Positions 20,028 to 29,666 of a DNA stretch of 64,000 bases are shown here, in pieces. The DNA is taken from NCBI GenBank assembly GCA_040767195.1, contig JAXGPA010000006.1:64001-128000 (forward strand). The letters run 5' to 3'. Under the pieces are notes generated by a model. It had not been told where the DNA came from, did no database searches, and saw only the letters and a list, made by a program, of their open reading frames with translations. Source of the DNA: Syntrophales bacterium. Its GTDB lineage: Bacteria; Desulfobacterota; Syntrophia; Syntrophales; UBA6807. The first letter of the stretch is position 1. The number at the start of each line of letters is the position of its first letter. The position numbers and the translations under genes are program-made.

Positions 20028-20747
20028 TTACCCCTGGTGAAAAAGAAGGTCAAATTTTCCGTTGTCATAAACGAGGTAGGAAAAATAACGGACCCAGTCC
20101 CCCAGGGTGACGAAATGCCTAATCCTTCCGTCGAGGACCGTTTCCCTCAGGAGGGGCTGATGGCAGTGACCGACCACGACGGCATCGTACCCCTCATCAA
20201 ACTTTTCCCGGGCGAAATTTTGCATTTTCCGTACCAGGGGCGCAGGAGGGTCGCTCAGGTAATCCTTGCTGAAACGGGAACTGACGGCGGCCGCCTTCCA
20301 GAGGATCGGCGGCGGCAAGGCGGCCTGGAGTTTCCGGAAGAGACCGCTCCGGAAAAACCGCCGGAGCCTGAGGTAGGACCGGTTGTCCCGGTCGATGGTG
20401 TCCCCGTGGGCGATGTAAAAAAGCTTGCCGTCCAGGCGGATGCTGAGATCCCGGGGAACGACGACGAAGCCCCGCCTGCCGAAAAAGTCCTCGAGAAAGA
20501 AGTCGTGGTTCCCCTCGAAATAGTGAATCGTCACGCCTTCTTCCCGAAGCGCCAGGAGACGGTCCACGAGGGGACGGAAAGGGGCGTAGAACCGGTCGCC
20601 CCCGGAAAACCAGAAATCGAAGAAATCCCCAACCAGGAATAGATGATCGTAACGGCCGCTGAAGTCCCGGAAAAAGGAAAGGAGCATCTCCGATGTTGTT
20701 GACGAGGACGATCTCAGGTGGGCATCGGAAAGGAAAACGGCTTTCAC
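20028..20747 (-). CDS. lpxH: UDP-2,3-diacylglucosamine diphosphatase
   Basis: FLSDAHL, GDFFDFW, GNHDF, HGD, GHCH, LGDW. Confidence 0.85.
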   Translation of the reverse strand: MKAVFLSDAHLRSSSSTTSEMLLSFFRDFSGRYDHLFLVGDFFDFWFSGGDRFYAPFRPLVDRLLALREEGVTIHYFEGNHDFFLEDFFGRRGFVVVPRDLSIRLDGKLFYIAHGDTIDRDNRSYLRLRRFFRSGLFRKLQAALPPPILWKAAAVSSRFSKDYLSDPPAPLVRKMQNFAREKFDEGYDAVVVGHCHQPLLRETVLDGRIRHFVTLGDWVRYFSYLVYDNGKFDLLFHQG

Positions 20748-20751
20748 GGGT

Positions 20752-21402
20752 TTATCCCGCGCGTCTTTCGACCAGGGACATGCTGTTGCGGAACAGGGCC
20801 GCCACCTCGTCTTCCGCCAGGCCCGCGCCCCGGGCGATCTTTCCGGCCATGGCCGCGGTCACCAGGTCCCCGGGGGCGTGGCTGTCCGTGTTGAGAACAA
20901 GCGAAGCCCCGTGCTTCCGGGCCATGCGGGCGACATGTCCGTTGGTGAGACTGTGCCCCTTCCGGGTGGTGATTTCAAGGCAAACACCCTGTCTGGCCGC
21001 CAGGGCGGCCTCTTCGTCCGTCACGAGCCCCGGGTGGGCCAGGATGTCCACCGAGGCCTCCAGGGCCGCCCGGTTCGTCCCCGGGAGAACGGGCTCCACC
21101 AGGGTTTCCCCGTGGACGACGACAATGAGGGCCCCCATCTTCCGGGCCTCCCGGACGAGTTCGTCGATGTAGCGGGGATGGACGTGGGTGAGCTCGACGC
21201 CGGGAAGGCAGCGGAGGGTCGACGCGGCGGAGATTTTCCCGCAAACGGCCACCATCCGGGGAACGATCCAGTCCAGGTTGGAGTGATCGGCATGGTCCGT
21301 GATGGCGAGGGTGGTGTAACCAGCTGCCTCGGCCCTCCGGGCCAGCTCCGACGGGATCAGTTGGCCGTCACTGAAGGTCGAGTGGGTGTGAAGATCGATC
21401 AA
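20752..21402 (-). CDS. PHP-family phosphoesterase (histidinol-phosphatase-like)
   Basis: DLHTHSTFSDG, ITDH, GVELTH, LAHPG, NTDSH; TTG start with GGAGG RBS. Confidence 0.88.
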   Translation of the reverse strand: MIDLHTHSTFSDGQLIPSELARRAEAAGYTTLAITDHADHSNLDWIVPRMVAVCGKISAASTLRCLPGVELTHVHPRYIDELVREARKMGALIVVVHGETLVEPVLPGTNRAALEASVDILAHPGLVTDEEAALAARQGVCLEITTRKGHSLTNGHVARMARKHGASLVLNTDSHAPGDLVTAAMAGKIARGAGLAEDEVAALFRNSMSLVERRAG

Positions 21403-21587
21403 GGGGGCCTCCCCGGGTCCGTTTTTCTCTCTTCCCCAGGGTCTTATGGGAAAAGATGCTGGATCTTCTAACAAATATCCATTAAAAGGTCAACCAGGAG
21501 CCTCTTCTCCACGGGAATTGAAATCTCCAGCACCATGAGATATCCTGCCCGGGAATGAAAGAATGGCCGAGACTGCAGGCGGGAAGA

Positions 21588-22775
21588 ATGACGAAAACCC
21601 TGGACAGGTATCTCCTCAAAGAAATTCTGGCCCCCTTTTTCATGGTCCTTTTCATCCTCACCTTTGTCCTTCTCATCGGACGGATCCTTCAGATCATGGA
21701 TCTCATGGTGAACAAGGGCGTGGGTGTCGTCCTCATGGGAAAAATCCTCCTCTATCTCATGCCCTCCTTCCTCATCCGGACGATTCCCATATCCCTCCTC
21801 GCGGCGATTCTCATCGGGCTGGGAAGACTCTCCGCGGACAGCGAACTCATCGTCATGAAGGCGTCGGGAATCAGCCTTTCCCGAATCGCCCGGCCCATTT
21901 TCGCCCTGGCCCTCGCGGCGACCCTCTTCACCGCCGCCATGTCCCTCTTCCTGTCCCCCGCGAGCAACCACGCCATGAGGACCCTTCTCTTTGACCTGGC
22001 CCGCCAGAAGGCCGGCGTCGGAATCAAGGAGAAAGTCTTCAACAACCAGTTCAAGGACATGGTCCTCTACGCCGAGAAAATCGACCCCCGGGGCGATTTC
22101 ATGGAAAACGTCTTCATCGCCGACAGCCGCCTTCTCAAGGAAACTACCGTCATCACCGCTCACAAGGCCTTCCTCGTGTCGGACCCCGACCGGTTGACCC
22201 TGTCCTTTCGTCTCATCCAGGGAAGCACCCACCAGGCGGACCCCCGGAAAGGGACCTACCAGAAAATGGATTTCAATTCCTACGACCTGAACCTGGATCT
22301 CTCTGTGGAAGGGCAAAATGACGTTCTCACCCAGCGGAAAAGCAAGGAAATGAGTTTTTTCGAGCTTCTCGGGAAGGCCCGGGGAAGCCGCCCCGACACC
22401 CCGGAAAGCCGGGAGCTTGTCATCGAGCTTCACACGAAGCTCACCCTTCCCCTGTCCTGCCTCCTTTTCGCTCTCGTGGGCATCCCCCTCTCCATGAGCC
22501 GGCACCGGTCCGGCCGGGCCTGGGGATTTTCCGTGGCCATCGCCGTGGTCATGATCTACTACTTTCTCCAGATGACCGTGGAATCCCTGGGAGAACGGGG
22601 ATTCCTCCCCGCCGCCCCGGGGACGTGGATTCCCAACGTTCTCTTCGCCATCGCCGGCGGCAGGCTTTTCCACCTCGCCTCGAAGGAGAGTCCGCTTTTC
22701 CGGGAACGGGCCTTGCCGGGATGGATCGCCCGGGCCGCGAACGTCTTCAGGTTTTCAGGGAAAGGTGACCGGTGA
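21588..22775 (+). CDS. lptF: LPS export ABC transporter permease LptF
   Basis: LDRYLLKE, RLSADSELIVMKASGIS; paired with lptG. Confidence 0.9.
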   Translation: MTKTLDRYLLKEILAPFFMVLFILTFVLLIGRILQIMDLMVNKGVGVVLMGKILLYLMPSFLIRTIPISLLAAILIGLGRLSADSELIVMKASGISLSRIARPIFALALAATLFTAAMSLFLSPASNHAMRTLLFDLARQKAGVGIKEKVFNNQFKDMVLYAEKIDPRGDFMENVFIADSRLLKETTVITAHKAFLVSDPDRLTLSFRLIQGSTHQADPRKGTYQKMDFNSYDLNLDLSVEGQNDVLTQRKSKEMSFFELLGKARGSRPDTPESRELVIELHTKLTLPLSCLLFALVGIPLSMSRHRSGRAWGFSVAIAVVMIYYFLQMTVESLGERGFLPAAPGTWIPNVLFAIAGGRLFHLASKESPLFRERALPGWIARAANVFRFSGKGDR

Positions 22776-23860
22776 AAGTCGTCGACAGGTACATACTCAG
22801 GGAATTCACCAAGAAATTCGGACTCGTTCTCGTTTCCATCGTCGGGATTTACATCATCGTGGACTTTTTCGAGAGGATCCGGATGTTTCTCAGCAACGGC
22901 GCCTCGGCGGGGCAGGTGATTTCCTATTTCCTTTACCAGGTCCCCATGATCGTTTCCCTTCTCCTGCCCGTTTCGGTTCTCCTGGGAACGCTCATCACCT
23001 TTTCGACCCTGTCGAAAAACAGCGAGATCGCGGCTCTCAGGGCCGGGGGTGTGAGCCTGTACCGCATCGCCGTCCCCGTCCTTCTCCTGGCCGCGGGGAT
23101 CTCACTGTTCTCCTTTCTGCTCAGCGAGTACGTCACCCCCGTGACAAATCAGCGGGTCAAGCGCCTCGTGTACGTGGAGGTCCAGAAGCGGGGGCAGCAG
23201 CTCACCGTCTTCGGGCGGAACGAGATCTGGTACCGGGGCCGTGACGGCATCTACCACTTCCGGCACTATAACCCCGAAACGGTCACATTGAGGGGAATCA
23301 CCATCCATTATCTCGATCCCGGGGACGGGAGCGTCACACGGCGGGTTGACGCGGAGAGGGCCGCCTGGAACGGGCAGGATTGGATATTCCACAACCTGCT
23401 GGTGACCACCTTCCCCGCCGGGGGCGTTCCCAGCCTGGAAAAAACCGCTGTGATGAAAGCCGATCTACCGGAAAAACCGACGGACTTCCTCGTCGTTCAG
23501 AAGAGCGCCGACGAAATGGGCTACGGGGAACTGAAAAAATACATCGGGAAGCTGCAGTCGGACGGATATGACGCTGCCCGTTACCGGGCCGACCTGTACG
23601 GAAAGACGGCGTTCCCCTTCGTGAGCCTCATCCTGGCCGTCATGGGAATTTCCTTTTCCCTGCTCCGGTCGGAAAGAAGCGGGGGCATCTCGCTCGCCAT
23701 CACGGCGGGGATCCTCATCGGGTTCTCGTACTGGATTGTCTTCGCCGTCACCCTGTCCCTGGGCCGCTCCGGCACCCTTCCCCCGCTGCTCTCGGCCTGG
23801 GCGGCCAATCTCCTCTTCGGGAGCGCCGCGACGATCATGTTCCTGAAAGTGAGAACGTGA
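22772..23860 (+). CDS. lptG: LPS export ABC transporter permease LptG
   Basis: DRYILREF, LSKNSEIAALRAGGVSL, LPPLLSAW; 4-nt overlap with lptF. Confidence 0.9.
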   Translation: MKVVDRYILREFTKKFGLVLVSIVGIYIIVDFFERIRMFLSNGASAGQVISYFLYQVPMIVSLLLPVSVLLGTLITFSTLSKNSEIAALRAGGVSLYRIAVPVLLLAAGISLFSFLLSEYVTPVTNQRVKRLVYVEVQKRGQQLTVFGRNEIWYRGRDGIYHFRHYNPETVTLRGITIHYLDPGDGSVTRRVDAERAAWNGQDWIFHNLLVTTFPAGGVPSLEKTAVMKADLPEKPTDFLVVQKSADEMGYGELKKYIGKLQSDGYDAARYRADLYGKTAFPFVSLILAVMGISFSLLRSERSGGISLAITAGILIGFSYWIVFAVTLSLGRSGTLPPLLSAWAANLLFGSAATIMFLKVRT

Positions 23861-23887
23861 TGGCGCTGTAAAAACGGCGCATTCCTT

Positions 23888-25144
23888 TCAGGTTCCCGTC
23901 TCCCAGGAGCGGAGATATTTTTCCTGCTCCGCCGTGAGGGTGTCGATGGAGATGCCCATGGCCGCCAGCTTGAGCCGGGCGATTTCCCGATCGATGGAAG
24001 AGGGGACCGAATAGACCTTCCTGTCCAGGGTCGCGCCTTCCCTGACGAGATACTCCGCCGAAAGGGCCTGGTTGGCGAAACTCATGTCCATGACGCTGGA
24101 GGGGTGCCCTTCGGCGGCAGCCAGGTTCACGAGCCTTCCCTCGCCGAGAAGATAGATCCGCCGGCCGTCGGCCAGGGTGTATTCGCCGATGTGCTCCCGG
24201 ATCGGGCGGCGATTCACCGAGGCCTCCTCGAGACCGGCGATATCGAGCTCCACGTTGAAGTGCCCCGAGTTGGAAACGATGGCCCCGTCCTTCATGTCGA
24301 GGAAGTGCTCCTTGCGGATCACGTTGATGTCTCCCGTGAGGGTGCAGAAAAAATCTCCGATTCGGGAAGCCTCGGCGATGGGCATGACCCGGTAGCCGTC
24401 CATGACGGCTTCCAGGGCCCTCAGGGGATCGATCTCGGTGACCACCACCGAAGCCCCCATGCCGGCGGCCCGCATGGCCAGCCCCCGGGCACACCAGCCG
24501 TAGCCGCACACGACGAAGACGGACCCGGCGATGAGGCGGTTCGTCGCCCGGATGATCCCGTCGATGGTGCTCTGGCCGGTTCCGTAGCGGTTGTCGAAAA
24601 GATGCTTCGTGTCGGCGTCGTTCACAGCGATCATGGGAAACAGGAGAACGCCGTCTTCCGCCATGGCCCGCAGGCGGATCACGCCCGTCGTCGTCTCCTC
24701 CGTACCGCCGACAACCCGTTCCGCCAGGGCCGGGCGGTCCCGGTGGATGGTGGAAACGAGATCGGCCCCGTCATCCATGGTCATGGTGGGGTTCCGGTCG
24801 AGAACGGCGTTGATGTGACTGTAGTACGTTTCCGTGTCTTCTCCCCGGACGGCGAAAACAGGAATCTCCCTGTGGCGGACGAGATAGGCCGCCACGGCGT
24901 CCTGGGTGCTCAGGGGGTTTGAGGCGCACAGGTACACGTCCGCCCCCCCGGCCTTCAGGGTTTCCACGAGGCTGGCCGTTTCCGTGGTCACATGAAGGCA
25001 GGTCCCCAGGACAACCCCTTTCAGGGGTTTTTCCCGTTCGAACCGCCGGCGGATGCTGTTCAGGACAGGCATGCTCTGGTTCGCCCACTCTACCTTGAGG
25101 GCGCCCTCATCGGCCAGCCCCGGATCTTTGATGTGAAACTCCAT
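23888..25144 (-). CDS. ahcY: Adenosylhomocysteinase
   Basis: [52 protein letters not shown]. Confidence 0.97.
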   Translation of the reverse strand: MEFHIKDPGLADEGALKVEWANQSMPVLNSIRRRFEREKPLKGVVLGTCLHVTTETASLVETLKAGGADVYLCASNPLSTQDAVAAYLVRHREIPVFAVRGEDTETYYSHINAVLDRNPTMTMDDGADLVSTIHRDRPALAERVVGGTEETTTGVIRLRAMAEDGVLLFPMIAVNDADTKHLFDNRYGTGQSTIDGIIRATNRLIAGSVFVVCGYGWCARGLAMRAAGMGASVVVTEIDPLRALEAVMDGYRVMPIAEASRIGDFFCTLTGDINVIRKEHFLDMKDGAIVSNSGHFNVELDIAGLEEASVNRRPIREHIGEYTLADGRRIYLLGEGRLVNLAAAEGHPSSVMDMSFANQALSAEYLVREGATLDRKVYSVPSSIDREIARLKLAAMGISIDTLTAEQEKYLRSWETGT

Positions 25145-25247
25145 GGTCTTCCTTTCTTTTCTTTTATTGGTCCGTCACCGGTCGGGCGGTCGTGACGGGG
25201 GGGCGGAGAGCCTTCTTCCCTCCCGGCATTCGGGCGCTATCCCGGAG

Positions 25248-26423
25248 CTACAGGCCCGCTTCCCGTCTCAGGACATCCGCCCGGTCCGCCTTTTCCCAGG
25301 GAAAATCATCAAGGAAAAAGGTGACGGCGATGCGCCTGTACATGTCGCCTTTCAAGAGATCGAAGGACTCGATGAGCCCCTTGGGGGTAAAATCGAAGAC
25401 CCTTTCCACCAGGACCGACAGGTCCTCGTCGGGGAGGACCCCCGTCCCGAAGGTGTGGACGTTCACCGACAGGGGCCGGGCGACGCCGATGGCGTAGGCG
25501 AGCTGAACGGAACATTTCCGGGCCAGGCCGGCGGCCACCACGTTTTTGGCGGCGTAACGGGCGCCGAAGGCGGCGCTGCAGTCAACCTTCTCGGGGGACT
25601 TGTTCACCACGGACCCGCCGCCGAGCTGGGCCCCCGGGTGAGCCCCGTAGAACTGGCACACCAGTTTCCGCCCGGTGACCCCCGAATCGGCGGCGCTGCA
25701 GGAATGGACGGCCTGCCACTCCCCGGTGGGGTTGAACAGGAATTCCGTCCTGTCGTCGACCCAGTCCTTCAGGCAGCCGAAGGCGATTTTCTTCGCCTCT
25801 TCCTCCACGCTCTCCCGGCTGTCCGTCACCATCCGGTAGTCCACGGCGTTGGACATGAGCACCTTGGCGAGCCGTCGGGGCTGTCCCCCGGCATCGTATT
25901 CCACGGTGACCTGCCCCTTGCCGTCGGGGGCGAAAACGGGGTTTCCGCACTTTTCGAAAGTCCGCATGAGGCGGTTCACCAGGACATAGGGAAGGGGCAG
26001 AAGTTCCGGGGTTTCGTCGCAGGCGAAACCGTACATGATCCCCTGGTCCCCCGCCCCGATCTCGCGGTGTTTTCCCAGGTCCGCCCGGGTTCCCATGTTG
26101 ATGTCCGGAGACTGGGGAATGACCGCCGTGAGAACCCCCATGGAATGGCCGTTGAGACCGACGGCGGCGTCGCTGTACCCCAGGGACAGGACGGTCTGCC
26201 GGACGATCTTCTCGATGTCCACGTAAACCCGGGTGGAAATTTCACCCCCGACAAGGCAGAACCCCTTGCCCAGAAAGACTTCGAGGCCGCAGTGGGGCAT
26301 ATTGAAGACATCGAGGCCCAGCTCGGCCTCCTCGTCCAGGATTTGGGCGATGACATGGGCCGCGATGGTGTCGGCCACCACGTCCGGGTGGCCCTGCTTG
26401 ATTCCCTCCGATGAAATCAGCAT
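25248..26423 (-). CDS. metK: Methionine adenosyltransferase, divergent
   Basis: GHPD, GAGDQG, DGKGQV, DSGVTGRK, QLAYAIGV; adjacent to ahcY. Confidence 0.85.
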   Translation of the reverse strand: MLISSEGIKQGHPDVVADTIAAHVIAQILDEEAELGLDVFNMPHCGLEVFLGKGFCLVGGEISTRVYVDIEKIVRQTVLSLGYSDAAVGLNGHSMGVLTAVIPQSPDINMGTRADLGKHREIGAGDQGIMYGFACDETPELLPLPYVLVNRLMRTFEKCGNPVFAPDGKGQVTVEYDAGGQPRRLAKVLMSNAVDYRMVTDSRESVEEEAKKIAFGCLKDWVDDRTEFLFNPTGEWQAVHSCSAADSGVTGRKLVCQFYGAHPGAQLGGGSVVNKSPEKVDCSAAFGARYAAKNVVAAGLARKCSVQLAYAIGVARPLSVNVHTFGTGVLPDEDLSVLVERVFDFTPKGLIESFDLLKGDMYRRIAVTFFLDDFPWEKADRADVLRREAGL

Positions 26424-26439
26424 TCCTCAGCCTCCTCGT

Positions 26440-27084
26440 TTATTCTTTCCGGTTCCCCGTTCCGGGGGCGCTGTTCCCGCTGCCCACCGGCGGCGAGATC
26501 ATCCCCCCCGATATGATGAGCGTGAAGGCGTCCTCCACGGTCATGTTGAGATTGACCACGTCGCTCTCGGGGATCATGAGATAGAAACCCGACGTGGGGT
26601 TCGGCGTCGTGGGAACAAAGAGGTTGAGGACCGTTCCGGTGGTCTTCTTCTGAACCTCGCCCTTGGCGATTCCCGTGACAAAGGCGATACAGTAGATGCC
26701 CGGCCGGGGATACTCGATGAGGACCACCCGCCGGAAGCTCATGCTCCTGTCGCCGAAGAGGGCCTCGATGAACTGTTTCACCGCCTTGTAAATGCTTCGG
26801 ACAAGGGGAATCTTGTCGACGAGCCACTCACCGAGGCCGACGAACTTCTTGCCCAGGTAGCTGCGGGTGACGAGCCCCACGGCGAAGATGAACAGGATGG
26901 TGAAGATGATCCCCAGGCCCGGGATGTGGAAAGGGAGAAAGCGGTCGGGATGAAACCGGGGGGGGATGAACTGGATGAGGCTGTCCATCATGCGGACAGT
27001 GATGAAGAGCACGTAGACGGTCACGCTGATGGGAACGGTGGCGGCGAGGCCTGTGAGAAAAATTTTCTTGAGGGCGTTTTTCAT
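26440..27084 (-). CDS. DUF502 family membrane protein
   Basis: IPLVRSIY, VLIEYPR, FVPTTPNPTSGF, IISGG. Confidence 0.9.
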   Translation of the reverse strand: MKNALKKIFLTGLAATVPISVTVYVLFITVRMMDSLIQFIPPRFHPDRFLPFHIPGLGIIFTILFIFAVGLVTRSYLGKKFVGLGEWLVDKIPLVRSIYKAVKQFIEALFGDRSMSFRRVVLIEYPRPGIYCIAFVTGIAKGEVQKKTTGTVLNLFVPTTPNPTSGFYLMIPESDVVNLNMTVEDAFTLIISGGMISPPVGSGNSAPGTGNRKE

Positions 27085-27246
27085 CTGTCCCGAGCCTGTG
27101 ATATCGGAAAGTGCCGGCAGTCTGGTTCCTTAGCAGAAAGGCCGGGCTTTATCAACGACTCTTTCCACCCATGAAAAAAGGCGGTCCGTCAAGCGAACCG
27201 CCCCTCGTCATGGGTCAGGTGAAAAGCCGGAAGTGCGTCCGGCCGG

Positions 27247-27606
27247 TCAATCCTTCTTCGTCTTGATCCTGTTTTTCCCGTCGAGGAAAACGCAGCGGGC
27301 CTTCCAGTTCCGGGCCTCCCGGTCTTCCACGTTCACATAGCTGGCGATGATGATCAGGTCCCCCCGCGATCCCTTCCTGGCGGCGGCCCCGTTCAGGCAG
27401 ATGACGCCCGACCCCCGTTCACCCCTGATCACGTAGGTGGAAAAGCGTTCTCCGTTGGAAACGTTGTAAATGTCCACTTTCTCATAGGGTAGAAAATCCG
27501 CCGCCTCCATCAGGTTCTCGTCGATGGCGATGCTGCCCTCGTAATCCAGGCAGGATTCGGTGATCGTCGCCCGATGAAGCTTTGACTTCAACATGATTCT
27601 CTCCAT
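27247..27606 (-). CDS. panD: Aspartate 1-decarboxylase
   Basis: [32 protein letters not shown]. Confidence 0.97.
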   Translation of the reverse strand: MERIMLKSKLHRATITESCLDYEGSIAIDENLMEAADFLPYEKVDIYNVSNGERFSTYVIRGERGSGVICLNGAAARKGSRGDLIIIASYVNVEDREARNWKARCVFLDGKNRIKTKKD

Positions 27607-27639
27607 GACTCACCACTCTCCGGTCGCTTGCGCGTTATT

Positions 27640-28500
27640 TTATGGAATATCCAGGGGCTCGCCGAGGACATGGTTGTCGATGAGCCTCGGCAGACCCACG
27701 CGGACCGCCAGGGCGAGAACGGCCTTTCCCTCGATCCGTTCGACGTCCTCCAGCGATTCGGCATCACACAGTTCGGCATAATCGATCCTGGCGTGGGGGT
27801 GAGACCCGATGAACGCGGTCACCCGGTCCAGGATCTTCCCGGCGTCCCGCTCCCCCTTCTCGTACAGGGTCTCGGCCAGGCGCAGGGCCCGGCTGAGGCT
27901 CAAGGCGGATTCCCTCTCCTCGGGCTTCAGATAGGTGTTCCGGGAACTCATGGCGAGCCCGTCGGGCTCCCGCAGGGTGGCCATACCCACGACTTCCAGG
28001 TCCATGTTGAGATCGGAAACCATCCGGCGGATGGTCACGAGCTGCTGGTAATCCTTTCTGCCGAAAACGGTCACGTGGGGCTTGACGATATTGAAAAGCT
28101 TGGCGCAGACCGTCGTCACCCCCCGGAAATGGGTCGGCCGCGACCGGCCGCAGAGATTCCGGGTCACCTTCTCCACATTCACAAAGGTCTGATAGCCCTC
28201 GGGGTACATGGCCTCGTTGGAGGGGTAAAAGACGACGTCCACCCCCACATCCTCGGAGAGCTTGAGATCCCGATCAAGGTCCCTCGGGTATTTTTCGAAA
28301 TCCTCCCCCGGCCCGAACTGGGTGGGGTTCACATAAATGCTCGTGACCAGGCAGTTCCCTCTTTTTCGCCCCTCCCTCATCAGCATGAGATGCCCTTCGT
28401 GGAGATACCCCATGGTGGGAACGAAGGCGATCTTTTTGCCGGCAAGCCTCAGGGATTCCGAGAATTGCTGCATTTTTTCGGGAGATTCGATGATTTTCAT
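27640..28500 (-). CDS. panC: Pantoate--beta-alanine ligase
   Basis: [45 protein letters not shown]. Confidence 0.97.
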   Translation of the reverse strand: MKIIESPEKMQQFSESLRLAGKKIAFVPTMGYLHEGHLMLMREGRKRGNCLVTSIYVNPTQFGPGEDFEKYPRDLDRDLKLSEDVGVDVVFYPSNEAMYPEGYQTFVNVEKVTRNLCGRSRPTHFRGVTTVCAKLFNIVKPHVTVFGRKDYQQLVTIRRMVSDLNMDLEVVGMATLREPDGLAMSSRNTYLKPEERESALSLSRALRLAETLYEKGERDAGKILDRVTAFIGSHPHARIDYAELCDAESLEDVERIEGKAVLALAVRVGLPRLIDNHVLGEPLDIP

Positions 28501-28518
28501 GGTCTGCCCGTCCTTTCG

Positions 28519-28645
28519 AAAAAAAAAGCCTCCCCTCTGAGACGGGAGGCTTTCATTCACGGTCATCCGTCGACTCTCTCCGTCCCAGTCCGTAACCGGA
28601 TCCAGGCGGTCCGAAGCCGAGGTACCAGACTCAACCGCTGTTGTC
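28519..28645 (-). ncRNA. pan-motif-like leader RNA with intrinsic terminator upstream of panC
   Basis: Minus-strand hairpin CCGCCTGGATCC-GGTTAC-GGACTGGGACGG (28580-28609), then terminator AAAGCCTCCCGTCTCAGAGGGGAGGCTTTTTTTTT (28519-28553), directly 5' of panC. Confidence 0.7.
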
Positions 28646-28678
28646 AAGAAAAATATGGGGATTCGGTTTTCTTTCTCT

Positions 28679-29350
28679 TCACGAATGGGACGTCTTCATG
28701 GCGTCCGACACGGTGTGACCCTGGCTGTCGAGTTTTTCGATCAGCGTTTTCTGATACTGAAGAATGATCCTGACCGTTTCCTCCGGTTCTTTTTTCAGCC
28801 GCTCCAGGCAGATTTTCAGGGCCTCTTCGAACTGACCGGCCCGCCGGAGCAGGTCCACCAGGATCGCCTCCTCCAGCCCGGCGTCTTCGGCAAACCACTG
28901 GCCGTTTTCCCGCGCCTTCATGAAAAGATCGGACGCCTTTTTCCGGGCGGCCGTCGCCCCTTCCTCGAACCCGGCGTCGTCGCAGGCCCAGGCGGCGTGA
29001 ATGGCTCCCCATCCCGCTTTCTGATACTCTTTCTGGCTTTCCTGGAGAAGAGACCAGCACAGAAACTGGTTGGCCAGTCTCGGGTAAGCGGAATTTTCCA
29101 GCGTCTTCCGGTATGCGTCACTTTTCACCACGGCTTCGTAAGCCTTGTCCCCCTCGGACAGGTCCGGGGCGCAGTACCGGCATGACGGACAGCTGTGAAT
29201 CCAGTACGACAGGCTGGAACGTTCCGGTTCCGGCGGCCTGGAATCGAGGTCCGTCGAACCCAGGGAGGCCGTTGAAATAACCCCCGTGTGAACGCTTTCC
29301 GTACCGCAGAGGAAACAGTTCTTCGTCTTTTCTCCAAAGGTTTTCAGCAT
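28679..29350 (-). CDS. DUF2225-like protein (Zn ribbon plus helical repeats)
   Basis: [34 protein letters not shown]. Confidence 0.7.
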   Translation of the reverse strand: MLKTFGEKTKNCFLCGTESVHTGVISTASLGSTDLDSRPPEPERSSLSYWIHSCPSCRYCAPDLSEGDKAYEAVVKSDAYRKTLENSAYPRLANQFLCWSLLQESQKEYQKAGWGAIHAAWACDDAGFEEGATAARKKASDLFMKARENGQWFAEDAGLEEAILVDLLRRAGQFEEALKICLERLKKEPEETVRIILQYQKTLIEKLDSQGHTVSDAMKTSHS

Positions 29351-29521
29351 GAATGCCCTCCTTATTGATCTCATCCCTTCCGGGCTTCACCCGCACGGGA
29401 GAGTGCCTTGCCCTGAAACGCCTTGAAATAAGAAAGGGGCTTGAAGAAGAATTCATTAAAGGGGATTCCGTCGAAAAAGCCCGTTTTTTTATAGCGTCCC
29501 CGGAAGGACGGGTCAAGGAAT

Positions 29522-29666
29522 AAAAAAGGGGACAGATTTATTTTTTGTTTGTCATATATTCGGATTAAATAAATCTGTCCCCTTTTTCTCCAACAGGGAA
29601 AATGACCAACAGGATGTCTAAGTATTTGTCATATCGTTGAATTAAATGAATCTGTCCCTTTTTTTT
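29522..29666. repeat. Cluster of three REP-like GGGACAGATTTATTT half-sites
   Basis: Forward 29522-29546, inverted 29567-29587, second inverted 29644-29666 overlapping the ATPase 3' end. Confidence 0.75.
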
